Source of the DNA: Gammaproteobacteria bacterium
GTDB taxonomy: Bacteria > Pseudomonadota > Gammaproteobacteria > GCA-002705445 > GCA-002716945
Assembly: GCA_038142325.1 (NCBI GenBank)
Contig: JAYQJW010000002.1
Coordinates: 32,001-96,000 of the forward strand
Direction of reading: 5' to 3'
Length of the DNA stretch: 64,000 nucleotides
The translations under genes and the position numbers were made by a program. The notes under the pieces were generated by a model. That model searched no databases. It saw only the letters and a list, made by a program, of their open reading frames with translations, and was not told the DNA's origin. Position 1 is the stretch's first letter. Each line of letters begins with the position of its first letter. Shown here in pieces: positions 19,976-30,852 of this stretch.

Positions 19976-21916
19976 TTATCTGTTCTTTCTATTTTCTATC
20001 AAATCTGTAATTACGCTTGGATCTGCAAGCGTAGATGTATCTCCTAGATTATTATAGTCATTTATTGAAATCTTTCTTAATATTCTTCTCATTATTTTAC
20101 CTGATCGAGTTTTTGGAAGACTGCTTGTAAATTGAATGAAGTCTGGTTTAGCTATTGATCCAATTTCTTTTTTTACCCATTGTAATAAATCATCTGATAA
20201 ATTATCGCTTGGAGAAACACCCTTATTTAAAGATACAAATGCATATAGACCTTGTCCTTTAATGTCATGTGGATAGCCAACAACCGCTGCTTCGGAGACA
20301 TCTTTGTGTAGAACTAATGCAGACTCTACTTCTGCCGTGCCTAATCTATGCCCTGATACGTTTATTACATCATCTACTCTTCCAGTTATCCAATAATATC
20401 CATCTTCATCTCTCCGGCATCCATCACCTGAAAAATATCTGCCAGGATATTGAGTAAAATACGTATCTACGAACCTTTGGTGATCTCCATAAACTGTCCT
20501 CATTTGTCCTGGCCATGACATATCTATGCATAGACTACCCTCACCTGCTCCATGTATTTCTTTATTATTCTCATCAACTAAAACAGGTTTCACGCCAAAA
20601 AAAGGTTTGGTAGCTGATCCTGGTTTCATATCAATTGCACCGACAAGTGGTGTAATCATAATGCCGCCGGTTTCTGTTTGCCACCAAGTATCCACAATAG
20701 AACACTGAGCGTTTCCAACTACGTTATAATACCACCGCCATGCTTCTGGATTGATTGGCTCTCCAACAGATCCCAATATTCGTAACGACTTCCTTGATGT
20801 ATTAGTTACGTATTCATCACCCTCTGACATTAACGCTCTAATAGCAGTCGGAGCTGTGTAAAGAATATTAACTTTATGCTTATCAACAATCTCCCAAAAT
20901 CTACTTGGTGTTGGATAATTTGGAACACCTTCAAACATTAATGTTGTTGATCCATTGCACAATGGGCCATAAATAATATAGGAGTGCCCCGTAACCCAAC
21001 CAACATCTGCTGTACACCAGTAGATATCATCATTATGACAATCAAAAATATATTGATGTGTTATTGACGCATACACTAAATATCCGCCTGTTGTATGAAG
21101 CACTCCTTTAGGTTTACCAGTTGAGCCTGAGGTATATAAAATGAACATAGGATCCTCTGCTGACATTTCTTCAGGAGGACATACATCTGAGGATGAATTT
21201 AATAAATCATGATACCAATAGTCGATTTGATTATTCCATGTGATTGAATTACCAGTTCTTTTTACGACGACACATTTTTTAAAGTCATCTAATTTAGATA
21301 TTGCTTTATCAACATTCTCTTTTAACGGAATGAGTTTACCGCCCCTTACACCCTCGTCTGCTGTGATAATGAATTTTGAATCACAATCTTTTAGACGACC
21401 GGCCAGTGCTTCAGGTGAAAAACCACCAAATACAACAGAGTGAATAGCGCCAATCCTGGTGCAGGCTAACATAGCAACTGCAGCTTCTGGGATCATTGGC
21501 ATATAAATGGTTACTCTATCTCCTTTTGTTATACCTAAACTCTTAAGGCCATTAGAAAGTTTACAAACCTCATCTAACAATTCTTTGTAGGTTATCTTTT
21601 TTGAACTAGAGGGATCATCACCTTCCCAAATAATTGCAAGACTATCAGGATTCTTTTCTACGTGTCTATCTAAACAATTGAAAGATGCGTTTAATGTTCC
21701 ATCCTCAAACCATTTAACATAAAGATTATTTTTATCATAGGAATAATTACAAATTTTATTGTAAGGCTTATACCATGACAATCTTTTGCCTTGTTCAGAC
21801 CAAAATCGTTCAGGATTATCAATAGACTCTTTGTAAAGCTTATCGTAATCAAGTTTCTTGATGAATGCTTTATTTTTAACCTTATTTTTTGATTTATAAA
21901 TTCTTGATGTAGCCAT
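19976..21916 (-). CDS. acs: Acetyl-CoA synthetase (AMP-forming)
   Basis: [64 protein letters not shown]. Confidence 0.97.
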   Translation of the reverse strand: MATSRIYKSKNKVKNKAFIKKLDYDKLYKESIDNPERFWSEQGKRLSWYKPYNKICNYSYDKNNLYVKWFEDGTLNASFNCLDRHVEKNPDSLAIIWEGDDPSSSKKITYKELLDEVCKLSNGLKSLGITKGDRVTIYMPMIPEAAVAMLACTRIGAIHSVVFGGFSPEALAGRLKDCDSKFIITADEGVRGGKLIPLKENVDKAISKLDDFKKCVVVKRTGNSITWNNQIDYWYHDLLNSSSDVCPPEEMSAEDPMFILYTSGSTGKPKGVLHTTGGYLVYASITHQYIFDCHNDDIYWCTADVGWVTGHSYIIYGPLCNGSTTLMFEGVPNYPTPSRFWEIVDKHKVNILYTAPTAIRALMSEGDEYVTNTSRKSLRILGSVGEPINPEAWRWYYNVVGNAQCSIVDTWWQTETGGIMITPLVGAIDMKPGSATKPFFGVKPVLVDENNKEIHGAGEGSLCIDMSWPGQMRTVYGDHQRFVDTYFTQYPGRYFSGDGCRRDEDGYYWITGRVDDVINVSGHRLGTAEVESALVLHKDVSEAAVVGYPHDIKGQGLYAFVSLNKGVSPSDNLSDDLLQWVKKEIGSIAKPDFIQFTSSLPKTRSGKIMRRILRKISINDYNNLGDTSTLADPSVITDLIENRKNR

Positions 21917-21940
21917 TAGGTAAAAATATATTATAAATTA

Positions 21941-22012
21941 TTAGTTGTGACTTTTAAAAGCACAACATAATAGCCAAACCAGAACAACAAATGCAATAAT
22001 CGAAATTGTCAT
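21941..22012 (-). CDS. 23-aa single-TM small protein upstream of acs (not in ORF track)
   Basis: RBS AGAGGGG 7 nt before ATG; MTISIIAFVVLVWLLCCAFKSHN*. Confidence 0.55.
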   Translation of the reverse strand: MTISIIAFVVLVWLLCCAFKSHN

Positions 22013-22087
22013 TTCTTAACCCCTCTAATATGAGTATCTTCTATTGAAAGACAAAATCAACAAAAATTAATATTAGAAAAGGCTAAT

Positions 22088-22993
22088 TTAGCGGAGTTTA
22101 TTAGATTTTTTTTCATAAATTATATTCAATAATAAATGTGGAAGCGTTAAACACGCCAGTGTAATAAATATGTATTTAATGATCATCTCATCTAATGATA
22201 ATGATGCTATAGAAGATATTGTTGTTAGCATAAAGATGGTAAAAGCTACTGTTAGAGCTAGAAAAAAAATAACATATTTTGTTAATGATATTTTTTTTTC
22301 AAATAATCTTTGATCATTCAACGCATATAGATAATGACGAATAGAATGATGAAAACAGAAATATAAAATGAAAGAAGCAATAGGTGGTAAGTAGATAAAG
22401 TTAATGAATAATAATAAATATAATAAAAGTAATTTTCTGCCATATGAGAATATTATGAATAAGACCAAGATAACATATATGTATTTATATAAGTCTGCTA
22501 ATAAAATAACTGAAAGTTTTTCATTAAGTAAAATACTAAATAATGAGAAAACATCATTCACGTGGTAAATAATTGGAGTAATAATTGGAACAGAACCAAC
22601 TGATAATGCCAATAAAGAATTCTTAGATTCAATATTTTCAGTTTCCTCATGAGCAAAATGATACAGAGCCATCAGTAGAAATGTTACAAGACCAATAACT
22701 GGTGTAATAAGCCAAATTAATAAGTACACCAGAGATAAAAACAAATATGCAATTATAAATTTTATTAACCAGCTTGGTGCTGATGAAAAAAGATATTTAG
22801 CAACTAGAAAATCAAAATATCCATGCGGTATTCCAATGACTGTCACAGTCAATAATAATATTAAAAGTTGTATGTTGAGACTTAATAATTCTGGCGCTAA
22901 AAAGAAAATTATCCATGTCACAACACTTAAATCAACCAACAATATGAGTTGGTATTTGTTATACCTTTCTAGCTGTGAATGATCTAATTGCAT
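22088..22993 (-). CDS. blh: Beta-carotene 15,15'-dioxygenase (Brp/Blh family)
   Basis: GIPHG.FD, YHF, YFCFHHSIRH and LTLPH His motifs in a multi-TM protein; last gene of the crt cluster. Confidence 0.93.
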   Translation of the reverse strand: MQLDHSQLERYNKYQLILLVDLSVVTWIIFFLAPELLSLNIQLLILLLTVTVIGIPHGYFDFLVAKYLFSSAPSWLIKFIIAYLFLSLVYLLIWLITPVIGLVTFLLMALYHFAHEETENIESKNSLLALSVGSVPIITPIIYHVNDVFSLFSILLNEKLSVILLADLYKYIYVILVLFIIFSYGRKLLLLYLLLFINFIYLPPIASFILYFCFHHSIRHYLYALNDQRLFEKKISLTKYVIFFLALTVAFTIFMLTTISSIASLSLDEMIIKYIFITLACLTLPHLLLNIIYEKKSNKLR

Positions 22994-24077
22994 ATTTTAT
23001 AAAGATTAATTTTGGCATATTCCAAATAATATGGAGTATATCTATTAATGAGGGCGTATCTGACAAAAATCTAATTAATCTATTAGAATTATTATTTTTA
23101 AACATTTGAAATAATATCGATTTACTCTCAGCGGGGTTATCTCTTATTATCATCAACAGGATATTATCCATTTTCCTTAGTACTTTGCTTCTTATAGTCT
23201 TTGGGTATTCTATATATTCTTTTCCTGATAATTTTTTTATGTATTCATCTGCCTGTTTTTGAATATTAATAAAGGTATAGCCGGTTGATGCTCTTGTGGA
23301 TCCAGCAGGTATCCCGATGCGTAAATTGTTTGAATTCTTTGCATTTAATTCTACATTAGTTGTTAACGGAATTTCTCCATACTCTTCTCTTAATACCTCA
23401 TAATGTTCATTACATTTTGATTTAATGTAATCATGTACATCCTCGGATAATTTAGATTTATCTTTTTGAGCTGTTGTGAAATACGTTGTCTCAAATAACA
23501 TTGTGTTATTCCCAATGGGCAAACAATAAAAGAAGTTGAATTCGTCATTTGCTATAAAGTCCATTAAAACAGGCATAAAGTTTTTAGGAGGCTCACTGAA
23601 TCTTACAAAGAGACCCTTAAACACTTGCCGCATTTCATAGTTAGTTTTAGTAGGCCTGCTATCAAAGATATATTTTGATTTAACAGGTTGATTATTTAAG
23701 TTCATATGGAATTGATCAGCCATATTAGTTATATCACTTATATTTGATTCAAAAATAACTTCTATATTTTTTGACTTCTTAATATTCGAGAATACGAAAT
23801 TATCAAAGTCATATGAATCAATACTCTTATAATTGTATTTACTACAATCAAGTACTGCTTGTGATTTATTTTGAACAATAAGATTTTCACTAGAATGAAC
23901 TTCTAAATGCTTAAAGGGATGATTATATACATCCCAATATGACCATGTTTTTCTGATTCTGTCGTCACGTTTTTTGTTGTCTATAACACAAACACTAAAT
24001 GGTGTGTCAATTAACCTATAAGCTAGGCTTAGGCCTGAACACCCAGCACCAATAATGATTATATCAAACTCTTTCAT
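22959..24077 (-). CDS. crtY: Lycopene beta-cyclase
   Basis: IIIIGAGCSGLSLA, TWSYW, LMDF, FFYCLP, EEYGEIPL, RASTGYTF. Confidence 0.9.
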   Translation of the reverse strand: MKEFDIIIIGAGCSGLSLAYRLIDTPFSVCVIDNKKRDDRIRKTWSYWDVYNHPFKHLEVHSSENLIVQNKSQAVLDCSKYNYKSIDSYDFDNFVFSNIKKSKNIEVIFESNISDITNMADQFHMNLNNQPVKSKYIFDSRPTKTNYEMRQVFKGLFVRFSEPPKNFMPVLMDFIANDEFNFFYCLPIGNNTMLFETTYFTTAQKDKSKLSEDVHDYIKSKCNEHYEVLREEYGEIPLTTNVELNAKNSNNLRIGIPAGSTRASTGYTFINIQKQADEYIKKLSGKEYIEYPKTIRSKVLRKMDNILLMIIRDNPAESKSILFQMFKNNNSNRLIRFLSDTPSLIDILHIIWNMPKLIFIKYAIRSFTARKV

Positions 24078-24890
24078 GGATATATGGTAATCCTGTCAAT
24101 GACTTATGAAGACGATTATTATGCTCTGCTGAAGCAGGTAGCAAATATTGAAAGATGAATAGAACTGATGTTTTAAGAAAAATAATTAACTTATCAAATT
24201 TAGTCGTATTTATTTTTCTATCGATAGATGTTTCCTTATTAGTTAATATTTTATGCCCAATACTTTGATACAACTTCAAAGCATACAATATAGAAAATCT
24301 TGAATTTAAAGGAATAAATGGGATGCCCTTTAGGGCGCTCTCATAATATTCATCAGCAAGCTTAATTATGTCTTTAACACATGAAAAAACTTTGCTTTTA
24401 TTATTTAGTTTAAAGTCTTCATCTGAAATGATGTCACGCGGTAAATAAATTCTATCAATCGAAAAATCCTCTTTTATATCCCTACAGATATTGGTCAACT
24501 GCATAGCTATACCAAGATCAATAGCATGGTATTTGGCATTAGGGTTTTTTATATCTAGCACATCACACATCATAATTCCTACACAACCAGCAACTCTATA
24601 GCTATATCTTAGTAGTTCTGAAATAGATTCGATTCTAGCGAACTCTTTATCTGAGTTAATGCCAGATTTAAGTTGATCTATCACTCGTTGTTCAATACCT
24701 AGGCTAATTAGTTTATTTTCCAGCTCTTGAGTACTATCAGATTTTTTAAATCAACATTATCATCATAAAGACGACAGTAAGCATAAACTGTATATACATT
24801 TTTTTTTACAGCCTTGGGCAGGAATAATGATGCTAAGTAAAATGTCTTGCTGTTGTTTTTTAGAATTTTTTTAGCAGTCTGTTCAGGCAT
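24064..24890 (-). CDS. crtB: Phytoene synthase (frameshift near 24730-24750)
   Basis: SKTFYLASLFLP, YAYCRLYDD, YRVAGCVG, LGIAMQLTNICRDIKED, RIYLP. Confidence 0.92.
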
Positions 24891-26351
24891 TATATTTAAG
24901 TATAAGCTTTTCAGTAACTTTTGCAGAGGATAATACTCCTGGCACCCCAGCGCCTGGATGACTTCCTGCCCCAACAAAATAGAGGTTATCAAACTCTGGT
25001 GATTTATTTGAATATCTAAAATATGCTGATTGTCTAAAGATTGGCTGTATACCAAACCCACTTCCATTGAATGAATTGAGATCATTTTCAAAATAATCTG
25101 GTGTAACAAAAAATTTATCGACTATATTACTGTCTAAATCAGGAAGTATATCTTCACTTAGAATATCAATGATATTTTGACAAAAACTATCGCCTTTAGC
25201 ATTCCAGTCTATACCGCTCTCATTATTTGCAACAGGCGCAAGAACATAAAAAGAGTCGCAGTTATTTTGAATGTTTTTTGGATCTGTAGCTGAAGGTCGA
25301 TGAAGATATAAACTTGGGTCAGTGATATAAGAATGATTATCAAAAATATCATCTAAGAGTTCTTTATGGCGCTTATTAAAAATAATAGTGTGGTGTTTTA
25401 CATCGGTGTAAATTTTTTTCGTTGAAAAATAGAAAACAAATAAACCCATAGAATGTTTTAATATGTTTGGTTTATTAAATATTTTTTTGGTGTTGTTTTT
25501 AGTACTGATGAGTAGAAGTAAGAAGGATCAGAGTTACTAACAATAATGTCAGCATCAAAATCGCCTTTGTTTGAAATAACTTTACTAATGTGGTTTTTAT
25601 TTTTTACTACATCAATAACCTCTGTGTTATAATAACATTCTATTCCTTCCTCACTAAAAAGTTTTTTAAAACCATTAACTATAGATCTAGTCCCACCATC
25701 GCCATAATAAACGCCCCATTTCCATTCTAGATACTGAATAAGTAGATAAATTGATGTTGTAGTATATGGGTTGCCGCCAACAAGTAAGGGATGCATGCTT
25801 AGAGCCTTAATTAAATTTTCATTCTTTATAAATGATCGTACTGATTGATAAACTGATTGGTAGAACTTAATTCTCATTAATTCAGGAACATACGGAAACA
25901 TACTTTGCAATGATTCAAACGGGTAATCAGACAATTTCATATAGGCAGTATCGAAAATACGCTTTGAATGTTTTAATAGTTTTATATAACCAATTGCATC
26001 GTCATTAGAATAATGTATTTTAATCTCATTGAGCATAGTCTTTAATGAGGAACCATAGTCAAAATGAGATTTATCACTGAACAAAAATCTATAAAATGGT
26101 TGAACTTTAAGTAGATTGAAGTAGTCTCGTGAATCTTTGTTAAATAATTCGAAAATTTCATTAAGCAGGTAAGGTGCTGTAATAACTGTTGGACCAGCAT
26201 CGTATTCAAAACCATTGTGATATAGTGTGCGAGCTCTCCCGCCTAAATTATCTAGTTTTTCAAGGATAGTTACTTCATAGCCAATTGCTTTAAGACGACA
26301 AGCTACAGAAAGGCCGCCAAAGCCTGAGCCAATTACAATTGCTTTTTTCAT
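24883..26351 (-). CDS. crtI: Phytoene desaturase (frameshift near 25460)
   Basis: VIGSGFGGL, DAGPTVIT, HPLLVGGNP, LYLHRPS, LYFVGAGSHPGAGVPGVLSSA. Confidence 0.93.
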
Positions 26352-26358
26352 TAGAATG

Positions 26359-26387
26359 CATGCAAGGGGCTATTAGCCCCTTGCATG
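26359..26387 (-). terminator. Strong hairpin between the proteorhodopsin gene and crtI
   Basis: CATGCAAGGGGC-TATTA-GCCCCTTGCATG, a perfect 12-bp stem 16 nt past the PR stop and 7 nt before the crtI start. Confidence 0.7.
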
Positions 26388-26403
26388 TGTATTAAAGTTA
26401 TCT

Positions 26404-27163
26404 TTAAGCTGATTCTTCTGAATCTGTTACAGCTGCAGCCCAAATGAATATACCAAATCCAATTTTGTTGACAAAATCAGCAAGGTTATAAACTAAGTTT
26501 AGACTAGCCGCATCTGCAGCGCCCATTAGATATCCAAGTAGATATCCTAGTGGATAAATTGCCCAACCGACTAACACGATTGTACGACATGCGCCGAATG
26601 CCATTTGAGCACCAACGCTTCCACAAGATTCTGATTTTTGTGCTGCTTCACCAGCATAAATTTCATACAGGATGTATATCCAACCTGCCATCCCGATGAT
26701 GAAACCAAGCATAGCTGAAATGATACCAGCCTCACCTAAGTATCCACCAATCAACATGATTAATGTACCTATTAATAATCTCCAGAAGATACCGACTGAA
26801 ACAGCGGTAACAGCTGCAAGAATAAAATAAAATTCGATCATCAATAATGGCACTGTAAGTAGCCAATCGATATATCTAAATACTGTTGGTGAATCACCTG
26901 TAGCTACCCATACATCTCTCATATAGAAATAATGTACAGCAGCAATTAAAGTTACTAATGCTGTAACCGTTAATGATGTTTTCCATTTAGGGTTAACTCT
27001 GTCTCTTTCAAAGGAAAAACACAGTAGATGCAACCATTGCAATGGATATTATCCAGAAAGTAACACCTACGTAGTCGTTAGCTGCTAGATCACCCGCTAA
27101 TACAAGTGATGGCATTGTAAAGACTAATATCGCTGGTATTACACGCGATAATAAACTCCTCAT
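26404..27163 (-). CDS. Proteorhodopsin, green-absorbing proton pump (frameshift near 27015)
   Basis: RBS AGAGGAG; signal peptide MRSLLSRVIPAILVFTMPSLVLA; DYVGVTFW; AAVHYF (H75); RYIDWLLTVPLLMIEF (D97/T101/L105/E108); LADFVNK (retinal Lys). Confidence 0.97.
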
Positions 27164-27279
27164 AAAAGTCTCCTCTATTTAAATTAATTTAAAATTACTT
27201 TTAGAATCATTCTATATGATTACACCGTCATATCAATTATCAATTAAATTATTTATGGTTTATTTTGGTGCAAAATGGC

Positions 27280-27546
27280 CTAAATACCAGGATATTGATG
27301 GATTACAATCGTGGGCAGATTGATAAGTGCCATCAGGATAGGTGATGTGAGTATTCCTATTACACCAAAAAAAATTCCTAAAATTCCGGCTGTGTACTCT
27401 TTTTGTAAGCATGCTAGAAGACCAAGTATTAATGCTATAGGACTAAACAAAGGCGAGAGAATAAAAATGCCAATGAATCCAAATATAATACTAAGAGTTC
27501 CATAGACAGGAGAAGCCTGTTTAATTATGATTTTTTCATCAGACAT
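27280..27546 (-). CDS. Small hydrophobic membrane protein (DUF4190-like)
   Basis: 88 aa of Gly-rich hydrophobic helices (GTLSIIFG..., PIALILG...); overlaps the upstream gene's stop. Confidence 0.6.
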   Translation of the reverse strand: MSDEKIIIKQASPVYGTLSIIFGFIGIFILSPLFSPIALILGLLACLQKEYTAGILGIFFGVIGILTSPILMALINLPTIVIHQYPGI

Positions 27547-27764
27547 TATTTATAAAACTGCCTTCTTTGTGAAAACTTTTTAACACGTTCTCTCCAAACT
27601 TTGTAGGAGCTAAAAGATATATTTTGTTTCATCACCCGTTTGATGGTATCACTATCAATATCAAAGCGCTCTTTTATGCTATCAAAACTAACGTCATCTG
27701 AAAGAGCCATATAAATAATTTCTCCAATTTCTTTTTCAGATAGTTTAATTTTGTGTTTAGGCAT
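27546..27764 (-). CDS. TIGR03643/DUF2805 family protein
   Basis: IIYMALSDDVSFDSIKERF...VMKQNI..SSYKVWRERV fits the family pattern. Confidence 0.8.
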   Translation of the reverse strand: MPKHKIKLSEKEIGEIIYMALSDDVSFDSIKERFDIDSDTIKRVMKQNISFSSYKVWRERVKKFSQRRQFYK

Positions 27765-27767
27765 AAA

Positions 27768-28214
27768 TTATAAAGATCCCTGTAAGATATATTTTAATAT
27801 TTTTACAGCTTGACTTTGATCTTTAGTAACTGCACAAGCTGCTGCATCGACCTCTTTTAAAGGGTGTTGATGTTCATCGCTATGAATGACAACTATTGAT
27901 TTATTAAGAGCAGCTGCATAGCCTGCGTCAAATGCGGCATTCCACTGTTTATATTTTTCACCAAACTTTACAATCACAACATCACTATCTTCAATAGATT
28001 TTTTTGTCCTAATAGAATTAATGTTTGCCCCTTTATTATCCTTCCAAAAATTATTTTCTTCCTGACCTAAAATTTCTACACCACAGTTATCAGATAGTTC
28101 ATGATTTGTAACGGGTGATGAAAAATTAATATCCAAACCTTCTTTGTTACAAGCATCTATAATTTCTTGTCTCCAATCGGTGTGAATTTCACCCGATAAA
28201 TATACATTAAGCAT
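27768..28214 (-). CDS. YtoQ family protein (nucleoside deoxyribosyltransferase-like fold)
   Basis: VYLSGEIHTDWR, PVTNHELSDNCG, FGEKYKQWNAAFDAGYA, HPLKEVDAAA. Confidence 0.85.
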   Translation of the reverse strand: MLNVYLSGEIHTDWRQEIIDACNKEGLDINFSSPVTNHELSDNCGVEILGQEENNFWKDNKGANINSIRTKKSIEDSDVVIVKFGEKYKQWNAAFDAGYAAALNKSIVVIHSDEHQHPLKEVDAAACAVTKDQSQAVKILKYILQGSL

Positions 28215-28316
28215 TGCGTTCTCCTTGCGTTTGCAGTTGTTGCTATTATATAAGTTATTCTAATAGTTGTATAATGCCGAAAAACAAATCATATAAATCT
28301 TAAATATTAAAAAATT

Positions 28317-29028
28317 ATGGATAGACAAATAATAGCAATCGGTGGAGGTGGCTTTGGTAGGAATCCTGGGATTGGTGTAATTGAACAATACATATTAGAT
28401 CAATCAGACAAAGACACTCCTAATATCTGTTTTATTCCAACAGCAACTGGTGACAACGAAGCTTATAAAGTAAGTTACTACGCAACTATGGCCAAGTTGA
28501 ATTGCAATCCAACGCATTTAGATTTTTTCAAAAGGACTCAAGACTTAGAAAAATTAATTCAAAAGCAAGATGTAATCTTTGTAGGCGGGGGAAATACTAA
28601 AAGCATGTTAGCTGTTTGGCGTGACTGGGGTTTAGATAAAATATTAAAAAAATCATATGAATCTGGAACAATTATGAGTGGTGTTAGTGCAGGTGCAATA
28701 TGTTGGTTTGAAAAAGGTATTACAGACTCATGGTCAAATAGCTTAAATATTCTAGATTGTCTAAGCTTTACGCAAGGAAGCTGTTGCCCGCACTATGATG
28801 AAGAACCTGAGAGAAAACCCACTCTTTCAAACTTTATCATAAACAATGAAATTAACTGATTGTTATGCTATTGATGGAGGATGTGCATTACATCTTAAGA
28901 ATGATCAAGTATACAAATCAGTTGTTTTTAATGATGGTAAAAATTCATTCTTAGTTGAAAAAGAAAACGGGAAAATAAAAGAAACTGTTTTATCAAAAAT
29001 AATTAAATATATATTTTTATATTGTTAA
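28317..29028 (+). CDS. Peptidase E (S51 family; frameshift near 28855)
   Basis: IAIGGGG, FIPTATGD, VGGGNT, GVSAGAICWF, CPHYD. Confidence 0.88.
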
Positions 29029-29030
29029 GA

Positions 29031-30852
29031 CTATTCTACTGTGACTGATTTTGCGAGGTTTCTTGGTTTATCAACATCAGTCTTTTTCTTTAAAGCAACA
29101 TGATAACTAAGAAGTTGTGCTGGGATAATATATAAAAGTGGGACAACCAAGTCAGGGCAGTCTGGCATTTGAATAATTTCAACACGTTTTTTATTTCTTG
29201 TTATTTTCTTATTAGTAAAAACAAAAGTCTGGCCTTGTCTTGCTTCAACTTCAGCAAGATTAGATAAAACTAATTTTGCTAGATGATTATCAGGTAGAAA
29301 ACATACTACAGGCATTTTTTTATCAACTAGTGCAAGTGGTCCATGCTTAAGTTCACCTGAATGATAAGCAGAGGCATGTATGTATGAAATTTCTTTAAGT
29401 TTTAGTGCTGATTCAAGCGCTATAGGATACGTTGCGCCTTTCCCAAGGAAAAGTGTGTGATCTTTGTTTTTAAATTTAGATGCTATCTTTTTAATTTCAG
29501 GTTCCATTAAAAAGATTTTACTGATGATTTTATCTATTTTTTTAATTTCACTGATCATCTTTTTTTCATTAACTTTATATTTTCTTGAAACAATCATAGT
29601 TAAAAGAAGTAGAGGCAAAAAGTTGTGAGGTGAAAGCTTTAGTTGATGCAACGCTTATTTCAGGACCTGCATTCATAAGAAAATTTAAATTAGAAAGTCT
29701 TGTTAGCGTACTTTCTGCTACATTACAAATTGCCAAAGTATCTGAATAGTTAAGCTTTAATGCCTTTTTTAATGACGAAATAGTATCAGCTGTCTCACCA
29801 GACTGAGAGATAGCTACAAATAATGTATTTGGTAAAACATTTATTTTTTTATATTTGTATTCACTTGCAACTTCTGCAGTGCAGGTAATTGTTGTATGTT
29901 GTTCAATCCAATCTTTAGCAACAAGTGATGCATGATAGCTTGTCCCGCAGGCGATAAAATGAATATGCTCTATGGTCTCTAGAACTTTATCGGTACCATG
30001 CCCAAATATGTTCGGTAAAATTTTATATTTCCCAACAAAACGATTTGTCATGTCTTTAATTATGGAATCGTTGTTCATGAATTTCTTTATGCATATAAGT
30101 GCTTGTGGCCTGATAAAGAAGATTGAGATTTTGATAATGTTAGAAATTTTAGTTACTTTGTTTTGTATTCTTTTGCTTTTATTAAAAATGGTTACTTTGG
30201 TTGATGAAATCTTTGCAAATTCATTATCATCAAGTGTTATATATTTATCCGTATCAGAAATTATAGGGGCAAGATCAGATGCAATATAATTTTGATTCAC
30301 ACCTTTACCGATAATTAGTGGACTACCTTTACATGCAGCATAAACAGTGCCCTGATCATCTGAACAAATTATTCCAATTGCATAGCTTCCTTCAAGTAAG
30401 TTTGTTGTCTCTATAAGAGCAGAATCCATATTATTAGATTTTTTAAAGCTCCAATTTATCAGGTGAGATATAACTTCTGAGTCAGTATCGCTTGAGAAAG
30501 TATATTTCTTTTTTTTGAGAAAGTTTTTAAGATCAAGATAATTTTCAATGATGCCATTGTGCACTAAGCAAATATTGTCTGATCTGTGTGGATGTGTATT
30601 TTTTAAAATTGGTTGACCATGTGTTGCCCAACGAGTATGTGCAATACCTGTTGTAATTCCAGAAAGCTTATTTAATTTAGTTTTTTAAATTTTTGATTGG
30701 GCCAATAGCTTTGATAGTAGATATTTTTGAATTTGAGCTAAGACCAGAAATGCCAGATGAATCATATCCTCTGTATTCAAGTTTTACCAAACCTTGATAG
30801 AGTTGATTGCCAATACGGTGCGTTTAGATGCAATGCCAAATATTCCACACAT
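29031..30852 (-). CDS. glmS: Glutamine--fructose-6-phosphate aminotransferase (several frameshifts)
   Basis: MCGIFG, LEYRGYDSSG, IAHTRWATHG, VHNGIIENY, SQSGETADT, VASTKAF, KLKEISYIHA, PRNLAKSVTVE. Confidence 0.95.

Noticed and set aside
26690-26720. Possible carotenoid-antenna fenestration in the proteorhodopsin
   Set aside because: In MLGFIIGMAGW the position I align to xanthorhodopsin Gly156 (F152 of green PR) is Phe, which blocks the fenestration. No crtZ/crtW is in the cluster.
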